Of a DNA stretch of 60,081 nucleotides, positions 56,121 through 60,081 are shown piece by piece (the stretch's first letter is position 1; the number at the start of each line of letters is the position of its first letter). Source of the DNA: a virus (taxonomy: Duplodnaviria; Caudoviricetes); IMG/VR virus record IMGVR_UViG_3300021963_000141, positions 1 to 60,081 of that record; one strand, written 5' to 3'. A model generated the notes under the pieces. It was not told the DNA's origin and made no database searches. It was given only the letters and a program-made list of their open reading frames with translations. The position numbers were made by a program, and so were the translations under genes.

Positions 56121-56351
56121 TTAATCTTCATCATTGAAGAAAGAACCAAAAGAACCTCTACTTCCTGGATTACGAGTATCCAACATATCCATAAGTTCTT
56201 CAAACTTTTTGCATTGTTCAATACTCAACAAAATTTTAGAGAGTTGTTGAACTACTGTTGCCTTCTCATTGATTGCTGCAGATTTAATTGCAGCACGAAG
56301 GTGTGACTCTGCCTCTAAAAGGTTGTCTAGTGTTTGCTTACTCAGGGTCAT
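56121..56351 (-). CDS. Hypothetical protein
   Basis: LS.Q....L.EAESHLRAA...AA.NE motif. Confidence 0.72.
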   Translation of the reverse strand: MTLSKQTLDNLLEAESHLRAAIKSAAINEKATVVQQLSKILLSIEQCKKFEELMDMLDTRNPGSRGSFGSFFNDED

Positions 56352-56988
56352 TTACTTTCCTCATTTCAAAACTACCGTCATTACGATCAATCCATTCTAC
56401 AGTATCACCTTCTTTAAGTCCAGCAACTTCAAGCAAATCATCAGGCAATTCAATATAACAATCACCAGTCAGGCCATCAACTTGAACAGGAAGTTGCCAC
56501 TTTACCACTTTATCTTTTCTTGGTGGAAATTCTTGATTAAACTTATCGTCGCTCATAGTTTGCCAACCGACATAAGACTGATTAGGGGGAAGTTCAACAG
56601 AAGAATTATAATATTCTGCTTCCCTCAAATTGTATTCTACTTCATTATCACTATTCCAAAAATCATTCCAAGCACCTTGACATTCTGGAGAAGGATCATC
56701 TTTATCACATTTTAGAATAGTATCTTCTTGACACGCAGAACTTACGCCTTCATAATATTGCTTTTCTTTTATCACTTCCTCATATGTCCAACCACCATTA
56801 CCATTCAAAAGTCCAAGAAGTTCATCTGCACGACTTACTTGGTCTTTATGATGATAATAACTTTCTTTAACCACACTTACAATCACATCATAGATTTCCT
56901 GTGGCGTTGCATCAGAAGATGAAATTGCATCGTTCATCCAATTCTCTAGGTTTTCAAGAGAATACTTTTTGTAATCAAAGTCAGTCAT
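56338..56988 (-). CDS. Hypothetical protein with a C-terminal AbrB/MazE-like domain
   Basis: Likely start MTDFDYKK; C-terminus YIELPDDLLEVAGLKEGDTVEWID..DGSF. Confidence 0.65.
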   Translation of the reverse strand: MTDFDYKKYSLENLENWMNDAISSSDATPQEIYDVIVSVVKESYYHHKDQVSRADELLGLLNGNGGWTYEEVIKEKQYYEGVSSACQEDTILKCDKDDPSPECQGAWNDFWNSDNEVEYNLREAEYYNSSVELPPNQSYVGWQTMSDDKFNQEFPPRKDKVVKWQLPVQVDGLTGDCYIELPDDLLEVAGLKEGDTVEWIDRNDGSFEMRKVNDPE

Positions 56989-59900
56989 TTCTTGGTTTAG
57001 GTTTAGAGCAATCGTGGCAATAGTAAGAGAAACCATCGCGGAAGTATTTTACCACCTGATAGTGGTCTTTGTCAAGTGGTTTCTCAACTCCGCACTTATC
57101 ACAAATCCTTGTCTTTCTTGATGGACTTTCGGATACGCTTGAGTTCTTTGAGTTCCATCTTAATATTTTTGTAAGCAGCGTCAGCATCTAATTTGCCTCC
57201 CATTTCCATTGCAATGATAACATCAACTCGTGTACCAAAGTGTGCAAGTGCTTTTTCAAAGTTGTCTAATTCATACATCTTTCTTATTCCAACTTTCAAG
57301 AGTTAGAATATCTATACGCGCATCAACTGCATCAATACAATTAGAAAGTTCATAGAAACAATTGCTGTTCTCTACACTTTCCGATTCAAGAACTTCGATA
57401 CGTTCTTGTAACTCAATTAGTTTAGAATAGACATCATCAGTAATTGATTCTTCATTTGGTGAGATAAACCATTTAATAAACTTTCTAATCATTATCAAGA
57501 AGTCCAACAGATTTTAAGTAACGTCTATATGACATAAAACGCCCCAGAGATGGTTGTCCTGGAGCATTTAATTGGTGACAGATTTCACAATAGCATAACC
57601 ACTCATACCAAGGAGTAGTTTTATCAAGAACGTGATAGGGGTATTCTACAGTAGTTCTTTCCAAAATTCTTCTCCTTTTTGTAGTGCTAATACGACAGTT
57701 GTATGTTCCCTTGCGTGTCGTTCAAGGTCTTTTTCTTGAAAACAAATGTTAGACCTTTCTACAGCACAGCGAAAGATGTTTGCCCAGAACTGTTGATTAG
57801 GATTTAGTCGCATTTTCATTCTTCAAGTCTGGATGTGGTGCGTAAAGAGGTCCGCTGTAATTCCCTGCAAAGTTTGCAAGTTCTTGAACTGCTTTTACAG
57901 TCTCTGCCGTTTCTTCCCACTCAAAAGTTGTACCTGATTTTGTCGTAAAAGTTCTTTGTGTCATATTAAAGTTTATAGTTATCTTTTGTAGAATAGGTCT
58001 TTTCAGTTGATTTGTCAAACCCACCTTCTTGTTTTGCCTGCAAATACCAACGACTTGCACGAATACACTCATCTTCAGTTAATGAAGTAATCAAACCTTT
58101 ACCGTCAGGATAATGTGACTGCCAGGTTCCCCAACTTTTTTGCTCCACATAGAAAGCATCGTCGTCATAAAACTTCTTTTCCATGATTATGTAATACAAT
58201 TTGTCGTTCAATTTCAAACTTGATTGGTAGAAGATGTGAGGTAAAAAATGCCTCATAGTTATTCTCTCTTACAAGATTTGAAATGTTTTCTATTTGTTGC
58301 AGTGCAAGAACAAGGTTAATCTTTGATGTCATCTTCTTTTACCAAACTTTCAAGATGTTCAGTAATGGCCTTGGTGAAGTCGTCTTCAGTCCAGGTGTTG
58401 AAAATACTTTCCGTAGGAGAAGTTTCATCCCAGGAGATAGTGAACGATCCGTCTTCATTTTCAGTTACTTCAATGGTCATTTTTTAGATTTTGTAGAGCG
58501 AGTAGTGTTTCGATTGGAATCCACGCTGGGTTTTCGTTTGCGAACTGCACTTGTACCTCCGTCACTTTTTGGTTTAGACTTTTGTTCCACACTTCTCTTG
58601 TATTTTTTACTGGTGTCAGGGGGTTTTCTATCACGATAATCAATCTTTGTGGTCTTACTATCCATTTTATACCTTTCCAGGTATTTTTGCAAGTGCTCCT
58701 CACACTCAAACCAACAGATTGTAGGGTTCTTCTTCTCACCAAATTCAAGTCGGTATCCAAACTTTTCATAAGGAAATAGTTCAGTCGATATCATTATATT
58801 CTCCTAAAATCTCATCAAGTCTATAAGTTTTAACCTGACCTTCCTCTACTTCTTTAGCAAGTTTTCGTATGTGTTCAAGAAAACTTTTATCTAGAGTATC
58901 ATCATAACACAGTGAACCCCAGAACCATTCATAACACTCCTCATATGGGTCATCATACCACATCAGAGCATAATCTTTGTGGTTTCCTGTCATCAAATCA
59001 CGCCAGATACGGAAGTTACCTCCAACCGTTTGAAACCAAGAAGGGATAAGGTAAGTGATGATGTATTCTGCCCAAGTCATTAGAGATAATGCGGTTTTTC
59101 TGTATCAAACTGATGAAACTTTACATCTTTCATATCAAGACACATACGAACAGTTTCGTGTTCTCTATGTTCCCTATCTGTGCCTTTGTATAATCCTCTG
59201 CGTTGATATGCACAGCACCAGACATTGTAGTAGATTTTAGACTTTTCGTTCATTGACCCAATCTCAACTTGCGTTCTGGTGAAATAGTGTGATTAAATGG
59301 GTCATCATAAGGAAAAATATATTCTTCCATCCATCCATAAGAAAGTGCCTCCCAGAAATCTTGTGGAAAGTGCTCTATAGTATCATAACTATCCCAAGCA
59401 TACCAGAAGTTATGGAAACCATCAAGGAAGAGTTCCCATTTTGTTGGATTTTCAAACCTCATTTTAATTTTGCCCATTCAGTAATGTTCTCATCATTACC
59501 TTCATAAGAATAATTCACATAAAGATTCTCACCACCAATGTTCATATGATACATTTTACCATCATTCAGGTAAATACCCAACCATACTGCACGGCCTTCT
59601 TCCATCGTTTCAAAGTGAACCATCTTCACATTCTCCAGAATAATCTCATCTGGATTCTTTACAAAGTGACTCATTCTACCACCTCATAAGCATCTTGAAC
59701 CATCTGTGCGATTTCCATTACTTCTGTCTTCATTTCAGAAGGTGCTGTCTTTGCAATCTCATCATAGAACAGAGTAAGGGCAGTCGTCAAGAGAACCAGT
59801 TGGCGTTTTGTGAAGTTCATCTCAAACTCTCTAATACATCTTTGATGAACTTGATTGAATTATAATACTCCTCACCATCTTGTCCACCCATTACAATCGC

Positions 59901-60023
59901 AGCAAGTTCTTCCAGTGCAAGTTTAATCTTTTCGTCTTTTGTGAGTTCAGCAATAGTTTTATTTGCTAATTCTCTGCGTTCAGCAATAGACAACATTTCT
60001 TCGTGGGTTGGTTCTTTATTCAT
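56981..60023 (-). other. Run of densely packed small hypothetical ORFs
   Basis: In-strand ORFs 56981-57187 (CxxC..CxxC), 57099-57299, 57271-57507, 57797-~57964, 57966-~58184, 58316-58480, 58477-58794, 58781-59080, 59250-59477, 59459-59674 and 59817-60023, mostly with stop/start overlaps. Confidence 0.65.
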
Positions 60024-60081
60024 ACGTTCTCGGATTTTCTCTTTTCCGTATTGTGTGAGTTCTTGTTTGTTCTTACGGAGT

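Noticed and set aside
1-60081. tRNA/rRNA genes and photosynthesis genes (psbA, hli)
   Set aside because: None were recognised. Intergenic gaps are short or otherwise explained. tRNAscan would be needed to exclude tRNAs fully.

Overview
The window is a 60-kb segment of a T4-like (Kyanoviridae-type) cyanomyovirus genome, transcribed almost entirely on the minus strand. The left ~34 kb is a conserved virion-morphogenesis block. In transcription order it reads gp25, gp6, a 3983-aa gp7-like protein, gp8, a 2608-aa VrlC-like structural protein, gp13, gp14, gp15, gp16, a modular 685-aa protein, gp17 and the start of gp18, with T4-type late promoters (NATAAATA/CTAAATA). At 34.4-38 kb is a control-like region flanked by HNH and GIY-YIG homing endonucleases. 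It holds near-perfect sigma70 promoters, a non-coding transcript candidate, a pseudoknot-like leader and four perfect cyanobacterial DnaA boxes (TTTTCCACA). The right ~24 kb is an early/accessory region of small ORFs punctuated by 16 same-orientation copies of a 38-bp motif (minus strand ATTAAAGTTACTCACCTyyAAAGyGTnnTAGTArTrTn). Each copy abuts or supplies the stop codon of the upstream gene and supplies or closely precedes the start codon of the next, giving a gene-cassette-like array. Cargo includes a MutH/Sau3AI-like nuclease, a nuclease plus N6-methylase pair, a ligase-like protein, an SF2 helicase, Dam, and proteins with T4 capsid-targeting-like N-termini. I recognised no tRNA, rRNA, CRISPR-cas or integrase. 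All family calls are from motif recognition by eye, not database searches.
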